The notes under the pieces are model-generated. The model ran no database searches. It was not told the DNA's origin and saw only the letters and a list, made by a program, of their open reading frames with translations. Source: a virus (Duplodnaviria > Caudoviricetes). Taken from it: DNA of 64,000 nt. Numbering within the stretch: position 1 is the stretch's first letter; each line of letters starts with the position of its first letter. This document shows positions 8,975 to 18,597 of the stretch, one piece after another. A program made the translations under genes and the position numbers. The stretch lies in IMG/VR virus record IMGVR_UViG_3300045771_000049, positions 1 through 64,000 of that record. The stretch is one strand, 5' to 3'.

Positions 8975-9697
8975 ATGCGTTGTTATGAACTATTCGAAGC
9001 CATCCCGATCAATCAGCGGCGTGCTGCGAAGCAAGGCTTCACCGTCGATGCGTATCATGGCACGTCGGCTGATTTCGACCGGTTTGAGAACAAAGGGTTC
9101 GCGCAACTTGGCTACCATTTTGGCGCCACGCCCGATCAGGCGCATAGCCGGGCGATCGCCAATGGGCAGGACGAACCGGCCGGGCAACGCATCCTGCCGG
9201 TCAAGCTTCGGTTGAAGAACCCGCTGCGTATCCATGACATGGAAGATTGGTCGGCGGCCAGTGTTCTGTGGGGCTTGCAATATAGCGGCGACATGTCGCC
9301 CCCACTGGCAGCCCTGGTACGCCAGTTGCGCACCGCGTTTCATGACATGGATTTCGCGGCCCGTGCCGCCGCGATCGAGGCTGTGGGCGATCTCTATCGA
9401 CAACACAATTGGTCGCAGTCGCGCTGGGGCGAAAATCAGCCACCGCCCGAGGCCGAGGAAATGGAACGTGCGGTCCGCGCGAAACACGCCATCGCCAATG
9501 AAGACACCCAGGTCAAAATGCTGGTCGATGGTCTCAAGCGGCTGGGTTATGATGGGTTCGTCTATAACAATCGGTTCGAAGGCGATGGCGATAGCTATCT
9601 GGTGTTTGACAGCAACCAGATACGCGGGCGGTTTGCCAACTTCGCGCCGAGGAAAACCGCCAGCAATCGGCTGATGGACGGCCGGGCCATCCCGTGA
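8975..9697 (+). CDS. ART-PolyVal-like protein with leader
   Basis: TAAATA-CGCT-ATG; MRCYELFE; AYHGT..F..F...GYHFG, ILPVKLRLKNPL, GYDGFVY, YLVFDSNQIR. Confidence 0.8.
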   Translation: MRCYELFEAIPINQRRAAKQGFTVDAYHGTSADFDRFENKGFAQLGYHFGATPDQAHSRAIANGQDEPAGQRILPVKLRLKNPLRIHDMEDWSAASVLWGLQYSGDMSPPLAALVRQLRTAFHDMDFAARAAAIEAVGDLYRQHNWSQSRWGENQPPPEAEEMERAVRAKHAIANEDTQVKMLVDGLKRLGYDGFVYNNRFEGDGDSYLVFDSNQIRGRFANFAPRKTASNRLMDGRAIP

Positions 9698-9713
9698 TCG
9701 GTATCTGGAACAA

Positions 9714-10283
9714 TCAGGCTGGCTTGCTGTTATACAGCAGGAGGTCTTTTCGGCCACTGCTCCGAGTCGAGCCAAAGTAATAGCTGACCACGGTGGTAAA
9801 ACTGACGGCGACCGCGCCCAGCATGACGTTCAGCACCGTCTCGTTGGGTCCGACAGGAATCGGATGCCACGCGAAAAACGTCAGCAGCAGGAAAAACAGC
9901 AGGGTGATCATCAGGGAGAACAATTCCGGGAACCACGCATGCTGGTGGCTGGCTTCGTCATCCGCGAATAATGGTGTGCCGAGCCGCCGCGCCGAGATTT
10001 TCAACGTCTTCATTTCCGCCTGGAACCGGGTTTCCCCCGCCTTTAATGCCCGAAGCTGATCGATCGTCACAGGGTTCAGGGCCATGGCGATTTGGGCTGT
10101 GGAAGTGTTCGGATCGAGGGCCAAAGCGACGCTGACGAAGGTCAACGCCAAGGTTCCCAGAGGGCCGCCAAGGGCGCGCGCAAGCGTGGGGGCCACAGTC
10201 GCGATAATCGCCTTTGCGGCCTCCCAGCCCGTCTCAGCGGCGTCTATGGGCTCGCTTACCGACGTGCTGGTGGGGTCGCTCAC
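9714..10283 (-). CDS. Holin-like membrane protein (GTA 3TM holin type)
   Basis: VAPTLARALGGPLG, C-terminal hydrophobic helices ending VVSYYFGS. Confidence 0.65.
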   Translation of the reverse strand: MSDPTSTSVSEPIDAAETGWEAAKAIIATVAPTLARALGGPLGTLALTFVSVALALDPNTSTAQIAMALNPVTIDQLRALKAGETRFQAEMKTLKISARRLGTPLFADDEASHQHAWFPELFSLMITLLFFLLLTFFAWHPIPVGPNETVLNVMLGAVAVSFTTVVSYYFGSTRSSGRKDLLLYNSKPA

Positions 10284-10298
10284 AGTGGGGCGTCCGTT

Positions 10299-10493
10299 TC
10301 AGGCGCGGCCCGCTTTGGGCGGCCGGTACGAGGTCTCGTCCACATCGAGCGGACGCACCTGTTTGAGATAGTCAGTAGGCGTCATCCAGACCATCCGGCC
10401 ACCCTGCGCACGGTAATTCAGATTACCGTGCCACTCGGTGTCAGGATCGGCCAGGGGGTAGCTTCGAGCTTCGATCAGGTCGCGATAGCGCAT
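10299..10493 (-). CDS. Short, possibly truncated leader-bearing protein
   Basis: TAGATA-GGATC-ATG; MRYRDLIE; 64 aa. Confidence 0.55.
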   Translation of the reverse strand: MRYRDLIEARSYPLADPDTEWHGNLNYRAQGGRMVWMTPTDYLKQVRPLDVDETSYRPPKAGRA

Positions 10494-10548
10494 GATCCTA
10501 TCTATTGTTTCCGTCACTCCGGATATAGCTCATATCACCGTTGCCGAC

Positions 10549-10700
10549 TTTGTCGTAGCCGCCCGAAGACGACTGATTTCCTGAAAAGCTACCCCCGTGG
10601 CTCTTTTCGTAGCCGCAATAGCGACTGTATAGCTTAGCCGATGGGATTTGGAACGACAATCTGTTGTTTTCGTACGGCCTACGCTTGGAGGTGCCGTCAC
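10549..10700 (-). repeat. Three degenerate CRISPR-repeat-like hairpin units
   Basis: Minus strand ...GCCGT-ACGAAAAC, AGTCGC-TATT-GCGGCT-ACGAAAAG, AGTCGTC-TTCG-GGCGGCT-ACGACAAA, separated by 37 and 26 nt. Confidence 0.7.
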
Positions 10701-10713
10701 GAGCGGGCCTCGG

Positions 10714-11103
10714 TCACGGGAGAAAGACGACTTCTGTGGAATCATCGACGGTTGCGCCATTCAGCGGAGCTTTGAGCATGACCCCGACATCAGTCGCCGC
10801 AGTTACGCCTTCGCGGCGGCAGGTGCGAACCGAATCGCCCAGGTCGATAAGTGCTGCCACCTCCCCTGGGGCGATCTTCTTGTCCGCTGTGAGGATGGGA
10901 ACGTCGTATCCGCCGCATCGGGCCTTGATGATCGTGTAAGTCGTGGCGTTTTTAAAGCATACTGTGGTGCGGCCGGTATGCCCGCTGCAATCGACCATCC
11001 GCATGAATGCCAGATAGGGATTGGCTGGGGGAGTCTGCTCAAAGGCGGTGGGGGAGTAGAGGGTGATAACCGCCGCGCTGACCGCGAAAAGCATTTTCTG
11101 CAT
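10714..11103 (-). CDS. Hypothetical exported protein
   Basis: Signal-peptide-like N-terminus, four Cys. Confidence 0.55.
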   Translation of the reverse strand: MQKMLFAVSAAVITLYSPTAFEQTPPANPYLAFMRMVDCSGHTGRTTVCFKNATTYTIIKARCGGYDVPILTADKKIAPGEVAALIDLGDSVRTCRREGVTAATDVGVMLKAPLNGATVDDSTEVVFLP

Positions 11104-11184
11104 TTGAGTTCCCGATGATTAGGCAAGGATCGTCTCGATGACGATCCTTGCCAGTTAAGCCTACCAGCACACGTGGCTTGGATG

Positions 11185-11460
11185 TCAGTGATTGTTGATG
11201 CGTTCAATTTGAGCTTCGACAACCAACACCGCAGTTCGTGGCGAAGCATCCCACTCAACAAAGTAGCCATAACCCCGCTCGGGAAGATGTAGCGAGCCGA
11301 GAACGGTCGCCAATGAGCCGATCGGATGGCTATCGCCATCCTCCTTTGCGATCTTTCGAACGCGTGTTCCATTGCGCATCGCACCGGGCGCTTCCGCCCG
11401 CGTGTGAACGCCCCGCCAGCCCGGATAGAAGCGCATGGTGGATGGTGGTTTGTCAATCAT
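11185..11460 (-). CDS. Hypothetical protein
   Basis: Start MIDKPP overlaps end of upstream ORF. Confidence 0.55.
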   Translation of the reverse strand: MIDKPPSTMRFYPGWRGVHTRAEAPGAMRNGTRVRKIAKEDGDSHPIGSLATVLGSLHLPERGYGYFVEWDASPRTAVLVVEAQIERINNH

Positions 11461-11836
11461 GACGGCCAGATGTTTTCGCTTCGAGGATTTGGCTGATGCG
11501 AAGCACGGCACCGGCAATTGAATCGCCCAGCATGCGTTCGGCTTTTTGCACTTGCGTGACCGCCAGTGCTACGGCCGTCTCATGCATGGCTTCGGCTTCG
11601 TCCCAGGTTTGGCACCGAGTCTGATAAGAATCCTCGCCATCGTCGAAAATCATCGTTTCAAACAGCAGCGGGTGATCACCGCAGAACCCATGATCGATGC
11701 CGAGAAACACCGTGGAAATGTGCAATGGCCCGACATCAGTGAGCCGCACATGTCGTTCGGCGGTCGCGAACCACATTCCCCATTCGACCGGATTGCACGG
11801 AACCGGCAGCCGTCCGATCAATCGATAACACAACAT
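11453..11836 (-). CDS. Hypothetical phage protein
   Basis: GGGAGGA SD; STVFLGIDH...PLLFETMIF motif. Confidence 0.7.
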   Translation of the reverse strand: MLCYRLIGRLPVPCNPVEWGMWFATAERHVRLTDVGPLHISTVFLGIDHGFCGDHPLLFETMIFDDGEDSYQTRCQTWDEAEAMHETAVALAVTQVQKAERMLGDSIAGAVLRISQILEAKTSGRHD

Positions 11837-11854
11837 GCTGTCCTCCCAGCATAC

Positions 11855-12289
11855 CTAGTTGGCACTCTCCAACGCCTTCAAACGCCGAATCTCATGCGGA
11901 TGGCCTTTTTCGACCAAAGCATCAAAATCCACCCCCAGGTCGATCGCGAGTTGGCGATAATACGCGATCGCGGCCTGCGGTGTCGGGCCGCCATCGAGTT
12001 CATGATCCTGTCGCAGATCGCTCGGATCATCGAGCAAGTCTTCAACTACCTGTTTTAACGCGCCTTGCGCGAATTGAAGCACGCGCTCGGCGGGTGTTTT
12101 TTCCGGTCGTGTCTGATGCGTTGCTATTGTCGCTTGCACTTTCAGACCAACCGTCCACAGCGCCGCATTCAGGTCTGACCGATAGCGTGACGCAGGCAAC
12201 ACGCGCATCCCCAGCATCAGCAGCTTCGTCCCCAGCCAATAGCGTGGCCGCCAAAAGCCGTGCAAGGTGGTTTCTGGTTTGCCCATCAT
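11855..12289 (-). CDS. Hypothetical protein
   Basis: First ORF of a minus-strand run; start uncertain. Confidence 0.55.
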   Translation of the reverse strand: MMGKPETTLHGFWRPRYWLGTKLLMLGMRVLPASRYRSDLNAALWTVGLKVQATIATHQTRPEKTPAERVLQFAQGALKQVVEDLLDDPSDLRQDHELDGGPTPQAAIAYYRQLAIDLGVDFDALVEKGHPHEIRRLKALESAN

Positions 12290-12428
12290 ACTTTTACGCC
12301 TTGTTGATGCATTGTCAGGATTCGCGATCCAGTGGGTGAAATTTAGCGTACGCAGTTTCCTGCAACAACGCAACACCTATGACCGGAGGCGCGAATAAAG
12401 TGAGTGTGGTTGCGACCTAAATATCGCA

Positions 12429-13190
12429 ATGGACAACAATCTCAGAAAATGGATGCGTTTGTTAGAAACGCAAGATGATCCCGATGCGGAAGATCGGTTT
12501 GCATTGCCCGATGACGACCAGACCCGATCGCCGTACAAATCGAGTTACAAGCCAAAAGGCGGGTTTACGCCGGACAAAATCCGGAAACATTTGAAAACCA
12601 TTCCGACGTTATCCAGTTCGGCTTCATTCAAAAAACTATACGATGACAAAGGGCGCAGTGCGTTCGCCAGGGAAATTCGCAAGTTCGCGTCGCCTGCTGA
12701 ATTCGCCGATCATCTCTATTGGCATGGCACCGGCGGCCACGTCAGCGGCGGCTTGAAGCCGGGCAGCATTTTGCCCAAAAATAATACCGCGTTTGGCGGC
12801 GGATATGGCGAGGCTTACAGCGTCATCTCGCTGTCAAAATCGAAAAACATTGCCAGCAACTTCACCGCCCAATCATATCATGGGCAGGTCTATCCGGTGA
12901 TCCTTCGCAAAGGCGCCAAGGTCATTTTCCTGCCACAAGTGTCCGATTCGCAGGAGTTGGAAGATATCCTGCCGCAACTTTGGGCGCGTGGCATCGATGC
13001 CGTGAAGATCGGCGATTGGCGTAGCACACATAGCGAACAGGAAATCTGCATCGTCAATCCAAAAGCGATTATCCGGGGCAGTGGTGAGACCTTCGCGGTG
13101 TTTCAAAAACAGAAGTTTGCGCAGCCATCGGAGGCGGAAATCGCAGCGGTGTACGATCAGGCGATGAACCCGCCGACGACAGACGGCTGA
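12429..13190 (+). CDS. ART-like protein with leader
   Basis: TAAATA-TCGCA-ATG; MDNNLRKWMRLLE; YWHGT, ISLSKSKNIA, GIDAV, EQEICIVNP. Confidence 0.75.
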   Translation: MDNNLRKWMRLLETQDDPDAEDRFALPDDDQTRSPYKSSYKPKGGFTPDKIRKHLKTIPTLSSSASFKKLYDDKGRSAFAREIRKFASPAEFADHLYWHGTGGHVSGGLKPGSILPKNNTAFGGGYGEAYSVISLSKSKNIASNFTAQSYHGQVYPVILRKGAKVIFLPQVSDSQELEDILPQLWARGIDAVKIGDWRSTHSEQEICIVNPKAIIRGSGETFAVFQKQKFAQPSEAEIAAVYDQAMNPPTTDG

Positions 13191-13286
13191 CCGCCCACGC
13201 GACATAAATCGATTTAACGTGTGCCATCACGAACGCGGCAATTGCGCTTGCGTTCGTCCAACAAATGTGCATGCTCTAAATAATCG

Positions 13287-13838
13287 ATGCAAAATAATCT
13301 TCGCGACTGGGTCAGGCTGGTGGAGAACAGTTTGCCAGCTTCGATCTGGCCGAAAGCCGCCCGTCGTCTGATTCAACAGATTGACTGGACAGGCGGTAGC
13401 GGTGAAGACGTCATGGCCTATCTCGGCTATGCGGACGGCGAGCCACCGCCAAACCCGAATTCCTCAGCCTTCAAGCGAAAACTTAAAGCCTGGGCGACCG
13501 AGCGCGTGATCAGCGCCTTTGAGGAAATTGAATGGCGATTCAAGGCGGACGTGATTCGCGTCTATCGGATGATCGCCGCGCCCCCGGATTGGACACCTGA
13601 CCCGACGCGACATCCAGGCGAGTATTGGTCTTGGGATGAAAAAGCTGCCGAGGCCCATTGGGGGGATTTTGGCTCCGGCCATGTAAAATGGCTGATGATC
13701 ACGGATGTGCGTAAATCGCAAATCGATTGGGAACAAACCCTGGCAGCCAATGGGGCGCCGGGTTATGAGAGCGAGTGTGAGATCACCGTGCGTGCGGACG
13801 CGCCGATCAAATTGCTCGGCTATAAACAAGTCAAATGA
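13287..13838 (+). CDS. ART-like protein (R-S-E type) with leader
   Basis: TAAATA-ATCG-ATG; MQNNLRDWVRLVE; VYRMI, GEYWSW...A, ECEITV. Confidence 0.7.
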   Translation: MQNNLRDWVRLVENSLPASIWPKAARRLIQQIDWTGGSGEDVMAYLGYADGEPPPNPNSSAFKRKLKAWATERVISAFEEIEWRFKADVIRVYRMIAAPPDWTPDPTRHPGEYWSWDEKAAEAHWGDFGSGHVKWLMITDVRKSQIDWEQTLAANGAPGYESECEITVRADAPIKLLGYKQVK

Positions 13839-14270
13839 CGATCCTAGACATCCCTGAAATTTTCGGCTAATTCTCGACAAAACCGCTTGGGGCTGATCGC
13901 ATGGATCATGCAACGCCGGATTGGGTATGGTTGCAAATCTGCCGTTCGATGCTGCTTGCCTGTGGTGTGGCGGTGTGGATCGGATTGGCCTGGGACAGGC
14001 GCCGGATACTTCGCGGGCTTTGAGTCGTTTGTCAGAGAGCCCCCCATTGAGAATAATCTGCATGCATCTCGGTCCAACCCAATCGCAGTTTAAGCGAGAA
14101 CTGGATCGCGGGGATTGTCCCGATTGCGGCGGCCAATGTGCCCCGGCGTGCGGGCTGCACCCAACGGGCTGTACATGGGGCGGATGGGATGGCTATTGGC
14201 TAATTGCCGATGGCTGCGATCTCGATCATGGCGAAGCTCGGCCCTAAAACCCACAGTCGGAGAATTATCA

Positions 14271-14705
14271 TTGATCACTAAGATTATCGAAGCCACCAAT
14301 CACGATGCCGGTGGCATGAACTGGGGCAAATTCCTGGTCGGCCGTTTCGACCAGGAATGGGCTTACCAGTCGCAGATCGACGCAGGCCGGGCGCTGCTGC
14401 CGCGCGTGGGATGGTCACCTGACACCCTCATGGTGTTCGATTTGCAAACCGGCGAAGGTGGGTTGTTTCGTCCTGGCGGCCTCGCCCGTGCCGATTTGCA
14501 TAAGCATCGTATCTGGGTCTGCCCGATGTTCGAGCCGTTTTTGACATGGCTTTACCAGCAGAACTTGTCAGATTTGCAGGCCCTGCCCGGCGTGGTGCAG
14601 ATCGCCAATCCGGAAAGCGCGCTGTATGGGTATCGGCGGCGAGGCCCTGATGCGGCGTTGGGCGCCAATTCACCCAGACAACCCGTCGAGAACCATGATG
14701 GGTGA
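14271..14705 (+). CDS. Hypothetical protein
   Basis: GGAG SD with TTG start; globular-looking sequence. Confidence 0.6.
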   Translation: MITKIIEATNHDAGGMNWGKFLVGRFDQEWAYQSQIDAGRALLPRVGWSPDTLMVFDLQTGEGGLFRPGGLARADLHKHRIWVCPMFEPFLTWLYQQNLSDLQALPGVVQIANPESALYGYRRRGPDAALGANSPRQPVENHDG

Positions 14706-15009
14706 GATTGATTCGTCAAATGTGATCGTGTTTCCGCTCCGGTCCGTCATCACGCGAGCGAAGTTCTTGGCGGCAACCGGTGTGGAACCGATCAACGATG
14801 ATTTGGAGCGCTGTAATTGCGCCCAGGCTGGTGAGCTTGGACATTGGTTTTGCGGTTGGGACGATGCTCGAAACCTGCCAGTGTTCCTGACCGCGCGCGG
14901 TGCCCACAATGAAGCACAGAACCGCCCGTAACGTGAACCACAGCCGCCTGGACAGTTCCTGCGACGAATTGTATGTTCCTGCACGCCATCAAACAGGAGC
15001 GAGAGAATT

Positions 15010-16947
15010 TTGAGTAACAGATCGCGGTCAGAACTGATTTTGACGCCTTTTACGCGGGACATGAAACTCATCGAAGTCGGTCCCAGCTACAACCCAGTTG
15101 CGCCAAAAGCCGAGGGCTGGGATACCTACATCATTGATCATGCGTCACAGGACGAACTGCAAGCCAAATACCAGACCCAGGATGCGGCTCGCATCGAACC
15201 GGTCGATGCGATCTGGACCGGCGGCCTGATCGACACGGCAATCCCGGCCGACCTGCATGGCACGTTTGATGGACTGATCGCCAGCCATACATTGGAGCAT
15301 ATGCCTGATCTTGTCGGCTTTCTGCAATCGGTCGCCACAGTGCTGAAACCCTCTGCCTGTATCTCACTGGCGTTGCCTGATCTGCGCGTGTGTTTCGATT
15401 TTTTCCAACCACATTCCACCACCGGTGATCTTCTCGATGCGCATGTCCAAGGCCGCGCCCGTCATCGCAAAGGCCGGGTGTTTGACGAACACGCCTATCT
15501 CGCCAAGCGTGGCGATTCAATCGTCTGGATGCACGGGGATGATGCGTCCCGCGAATTGTATCTGGCCTATGATCTGCACTTTGCCTTTCATCTGTTCAAC
15601 ACAGCGAGCGAGGACGCTGCCGCGATCTATACTGATTGTCACGCCTGGACTTTCACGCCCAGCAGCTTTGCACTGGCGATGCTCGAATTACGCGCATTGA
15701 ACCAGATACCCTATGACGTGACCGCGATCCAGGAAGCCGATGGGGCTGAATTCTACGCCACCCTGGCACTTGATGCGGAACCGTTAACGGCGGCTCAAAT
15801 CGAGACACGCCGGTTTGAATTGCTGAGACAGATTGTCTTTGAACGCGAGGAACAGATCACCCAACTGCGGACTGAAACAATGCCCCGAACCACCCTCGCC
15901 TCAATCGAGCGCAACATCGAGCCAGTCCGCACCAAACTCACCATCGCAGCGATCATCCCGCTATACAATGGGGCACGCTATATCGAAACCGCGCTGTTAT
16001 CGATCCTCGCCCAAACCCATGCGCCGGATGAGATTTACGTGGTCAATGACGGCTCGACCGATGACGGGCCTGCCCTCGTCGCCCAGATGGCCGTCCAGCA
16101 CCCGCAGATCACCTTGCTCAATATGGCCGCGCCCGGCCAGAACCAGGGCCAGTCGGCGGCGCGCAACTTTGGCATCGCGGCCTCATCCACCGATCTGATC
16201 GCGCTGCTCGATCAAGATGACCGATGGTATCCCAATCATCTCGCCACCTTGCTCGCGAAATTCACCGAATCAGACGAGATCGATCAGATCGGTTGGGTCT
16301 ACAGCAATCTGGACGAGGTTGATGTTGAGTTGAATATGGTGTGGCGGGATTTTCTGTCGTCGCTGACCGCCCCGCATCCCAAGACCAACCTGCTCGCCTG
16401 TTTGGGTGGCGATATGTTCGTCCTGCCATCATCGTCCCTGATCTCACGGGCGGCATTCGACGAGGTTGGCGGCTTTGACGAACGGCTGTCGGGCTACGAA
16501 GATGATGATCTGTTCTTGCGCTTGTTTCAGGCTGGTTATCGAAATTACTACATCAAAGAATCGCTGACCCAGTGGCGCATTCATACCACCAGCACGTCCT
16601 ATTCCTCCCGCATGGCCAATAGTCGTCGCATCTACATGCAAAAACTGTTTGAGAAATTTCCCAATGACCGCGAGCGCCAACGGTTCTATCGACGCGACGT
16701 GCTGGTGCCCCGGTTCCTCACCCAAACCCTGTCAGAATATCGCAAAGCGGTTGAAACCAACGATGCTACGTTGATCCAGTCGCGGTGGCAGGACGCCTAT
16801 TATGTCACGAGCTATATGGACGGTTATAAAGCATTCATGATGCGTAACTTGCTGCGTGGAATCAAATCTCCCGCGATGGCGCGACGATACTACGCCATAC
16901 GCCGCGTGGCTGGGATGCTGCGGCGTTTAACGCGGCTCTTTAAATGA
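15010..16947 (+). CDS. SAM-methyltransferase-like domain fused to family 2 glycosyltransferase
   Basis: N-term IEVGP...FDGLIASHTLEHMPD...LKP; C-term IIPLYNGARYI, VVNDGSTD, GQSAARNFG, LDQDD, GGFDE...EDDDL. Confidence 0.85.
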   Translation: MSNRSRSELILTPFTRDMKLIEVGPSYNPVAPKAEGWDTYIIDHASQDELQAKYQTQDAARIEPVDAIWTGGLIDTAIPADLHGTFDGLIASHTLEHMPDLVGFLQSVATVLKPSACISLALPDLRVCFDFFQPHSTTGDLLDAHVQGRARHRKGRVFDEHAYLAKRGDSIVWMHGDDASRELYLAYDLHFAFHLFNTASEDAAAIYTDCHAWTFTPSSFALAMLELRALNQIPYDVTAIQEADGAEFYATLALDAEPLTAAQIETRRFELLRQIVFEREEQITQLRTETMPRTTLASIERNIEPVRTKLTIAAIIPLYNGARYIETALLSILAQTHAPDEIYVVNDGSTDDGPALVAQMAVQHPQITLLNMAAPGQNQGQSAARNFGIAASSTDLIALLDQDDRWYPNHLATLLAKFTESDEIDQIGWVYSNLDEVDVELNMVWRDFLSSLTAPHPKTNLLACLGGDMFVLPSSSLISRAAFDEVGGFDERLSGYEDDDLFLRLFQAGYRNYYIKESLTQWRIHTTSTSYSSRMANSRRIYMQKLFEKFPNDRERQRFYRRDVLVPRFLTQTLSEYRKAVETNDATLIQSRWQDAYYVTSYMDGYKAFMMRNLLRGIKSPAMARRYYAIRRVAGMLRRLTRLFK

Positions 16948-17003
16948 AATGGCGCTAATCCTATCCAGGTAAACATCTGGCTACGAACGAGGATCGTTAT
17001 CAC

Positions 17004-17948
17004 ATGAAATGGTTTCAATGGCGCAAGAAAATCGCGGCACCCCCGGTGATCGCCCTGGCGGCACCCGAACCGCCGACCCATATCGCGATTGACCGGTTTG
17101 TGGTGTTAATTGGGTTTGTGCATCTGCGGGGCACCGTGCAGCATCCTCGCCAATCGATCAGCCGCCTGCACTTGGGTGTGGCAGGCGCTCTGTATGAGGT
17201 GCCGTTAAGCGGTGCTGACTTCAACCTGCGGCTCGATCTCGGGGATGGCTTCGAGATGGTCCAGCCGACCCTGACAGTGACCTATATCGATGGCACGCAG
17301 GTGACGTTTGAAAACCTCGGGCAGAGCGAGTCACATAGCGGGCGCGGCCATCAACTGTTTCCGGTGTTTCTCCAGAAAGTGGCGGCCCATCCAAGCGGGA
17401 ATTTCTTGGAGATCGGCTCGCGCGCGCGGTCGGGCGTCACCCGACGAGAACTTATCCCGGCGGGCTGGAACTACACCGGTTTCGACATTATGCCTGGGGA
17501 GAATGTCGATATCGTCGGCGATGCCCACAGCCTGTCTACGCAGGTGCCGCACAACCATTTCCAAGCGGTGATGGCGGTCGCCGTGTTCGAGCATATCTTA
17601 ATGCCGTGGCAGGTGGCCCTGGAGATGAACAAGGTGATGACGATGGGGGGGATTGCCTTCATCTTCACCCATCAGAGTTTCCCATTGCACGATGAGCCAT
17701 GGGATTATCTGCGGTTTTCCGCAAACGCATGGCCTGGGTTTTTCAATGACAAGACCGGATTTCGCATCCTTGAAGCAGCGGCTGCTGAGCCGGTCTATAT
17801 GGTTGGGCAGCGCTGGAATCCCGGCGTGAACCACCGGCTCCTGCCCGGTATGACCGTGTCCTCCGTGTTGGTGCAAAAGATTGCTGATAGCGATTTGCTA
17901 TGGCCGGTCGATGCGAGCGCGATCGTCAAAACGTCCTACCCAGCCTGA
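17004..17948 (+). CDS. Class I SAM-dependent methyltransferase
   Basis: LEIGS, YTGFDI...VDIVGDAH, VFEHILMPW, HDEPWDYLRF. Confidence 0.8.
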   Translation: MKWFQWRKKIAAPPVIALAAPEPPTHIAIDRFVVLIGFVHLRGTVQHPRQSISRLHLGVAGALYEVPLSGADFNLRLDLGDGFEMVQPTLTVTYIDGTQVTFENLGQSESHSGRGHQLFPVFLQKVAAHPSGNFLEIGSRARSGVTRRELIPAGWNYTGFDIMPGENVDIVGDAHSLSTQVPHNHFQAVMAVAVFEHILMPWQVALEMNKVMTMGGIAFIFTHQSFPLHDEPWDYLRFSANAWPGFFNDKTGFRILEAAAAEPVYMVGQRWNPGVNHRLLPGMTVSSVLVQKIADSDLLWPVDASAIVKTSYPA

Positions 17949-18112
17949 TCAGCGGCCTGGGGACTGTCACCCTCGCTCTGTGGCTGCTTCATGGTCGCAC
18001 CGCCGCATTTTTTGATTGAGTCATGACTTTAACGATCGTCGAGGCATACCGTCAATATCCGGTCGATTGCTGAGACCGGGAAACTTTCGGTCCTTAAACC
18101 GGGGAAAACCGC

Positions 18113-18142
18113 TTGACACACTAGATAGCAGTGGAGTTTAAT
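18113..18142 (+). promoter_or_regulatory. Sigma70-type promoter for leader/tRNA operon
   Basis: TTGACA-18 nt-TTTAAT; predicted start near ATG 18149. Confidence 0.6.
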
Positions 18143-18148
18143 GACCCT

Positions 18149-18241
18149 ATGATCACTTCGCGATTTTTCTGTTGTTGGCGATATCTCAGCGGTGCGTATG
18201 CCGGTGGAGAGATCATGGCCAATGCGGAGGGGGTTATCTAG
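18149..18241 (+). CDS. Putative attenuator leader peptide MITSRFFCCWRYLSGAYAGGEIMANAEGVI
   Basis: Codons TTT TTC TGT TGT TGG CGA TAT match the four downstream tRNAs; followed by terminator. Confidence 0.7.
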   Translation: MITSRFFCCWRYLSGAYAGGEIMANAEGVI

Positions 18242-18269
18242 CTCCTAACGCGAATTTGGTTATGTTTTC

Positions 18270-18302
18270 AACCCACTTGGCAGATCGCCTCGTGGGTTTT
18301 TT
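18270..18302 (+). terminator. Intrinsic terminator (attenuator) upstream of tRNA cluster
   Basis: AACCCAC...GTGGGTT stem followed by TTTTGTT, about 15 nt before tRNA-Trp. Confidence 0.75.
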
Positions 18303-18316
18303 GTTGTCTGGCGTGT

Positions 18317-18392
18317 ATCAGTGTAGCTCAATTGGTAGAGCAGCGGTCTCCAAAACCGAAGGTTGAAGATTCGAGTTCTTCCACTGGTGCCA
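18317..18392 (+). tRNA. tRNA-Trp(CCA)
   Basis: Cloverleaf, loop CT-CCA-AA, TTCGAGT, encoded CCA end. Confidence 0.92.
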
Positions 18393-18411
18393 GTCAGGAT
18401 CGTGCCTAGAT

Positions 18412-18486
18412 GCCGGGGTAGCATAGTTGGTAGTGCATCGGTGTGAAGTACCGACCGCCCACGTTCAAATCGTGGCCCCGGCGCCA
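18412..18486 (+). tRNA. tRNA-Phe(GAA), atypical
   Basis: GCCGGGG/CCCCGGC acceptor, TCGGT-GTGAAGT-ACCGA anticodon arm, TTCAAAT, G-CCA end. Confidence 0.85.
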
Positions 18487-18510
18487 AATTCTACGACGTG
18501 CGTCACGACT

Positions 18511-18596
18511 GCATAGGTGGGTGAGAGGCCGATACCGTCGCACTGTAAATGCGATCTTTCAAAAGCGCGCTGGTTCGAATCCAGCCCTGTGCACCA
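18511..18596 (+). tRNA. tRNA-Tyr(GTA)
   Basis: TCGCA-CTGTAAA-TGCGA, long variable arm, GGTTCGAATCC, ACCA. Confidence 0.93.
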
Positions 18597-18597
18597 G

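Noticed and set aside
10507-10517. Extra ACGGAAAC handle-like word on the minus strand
   Set aside because: No matching GGCT stem precedes it; may be chance.
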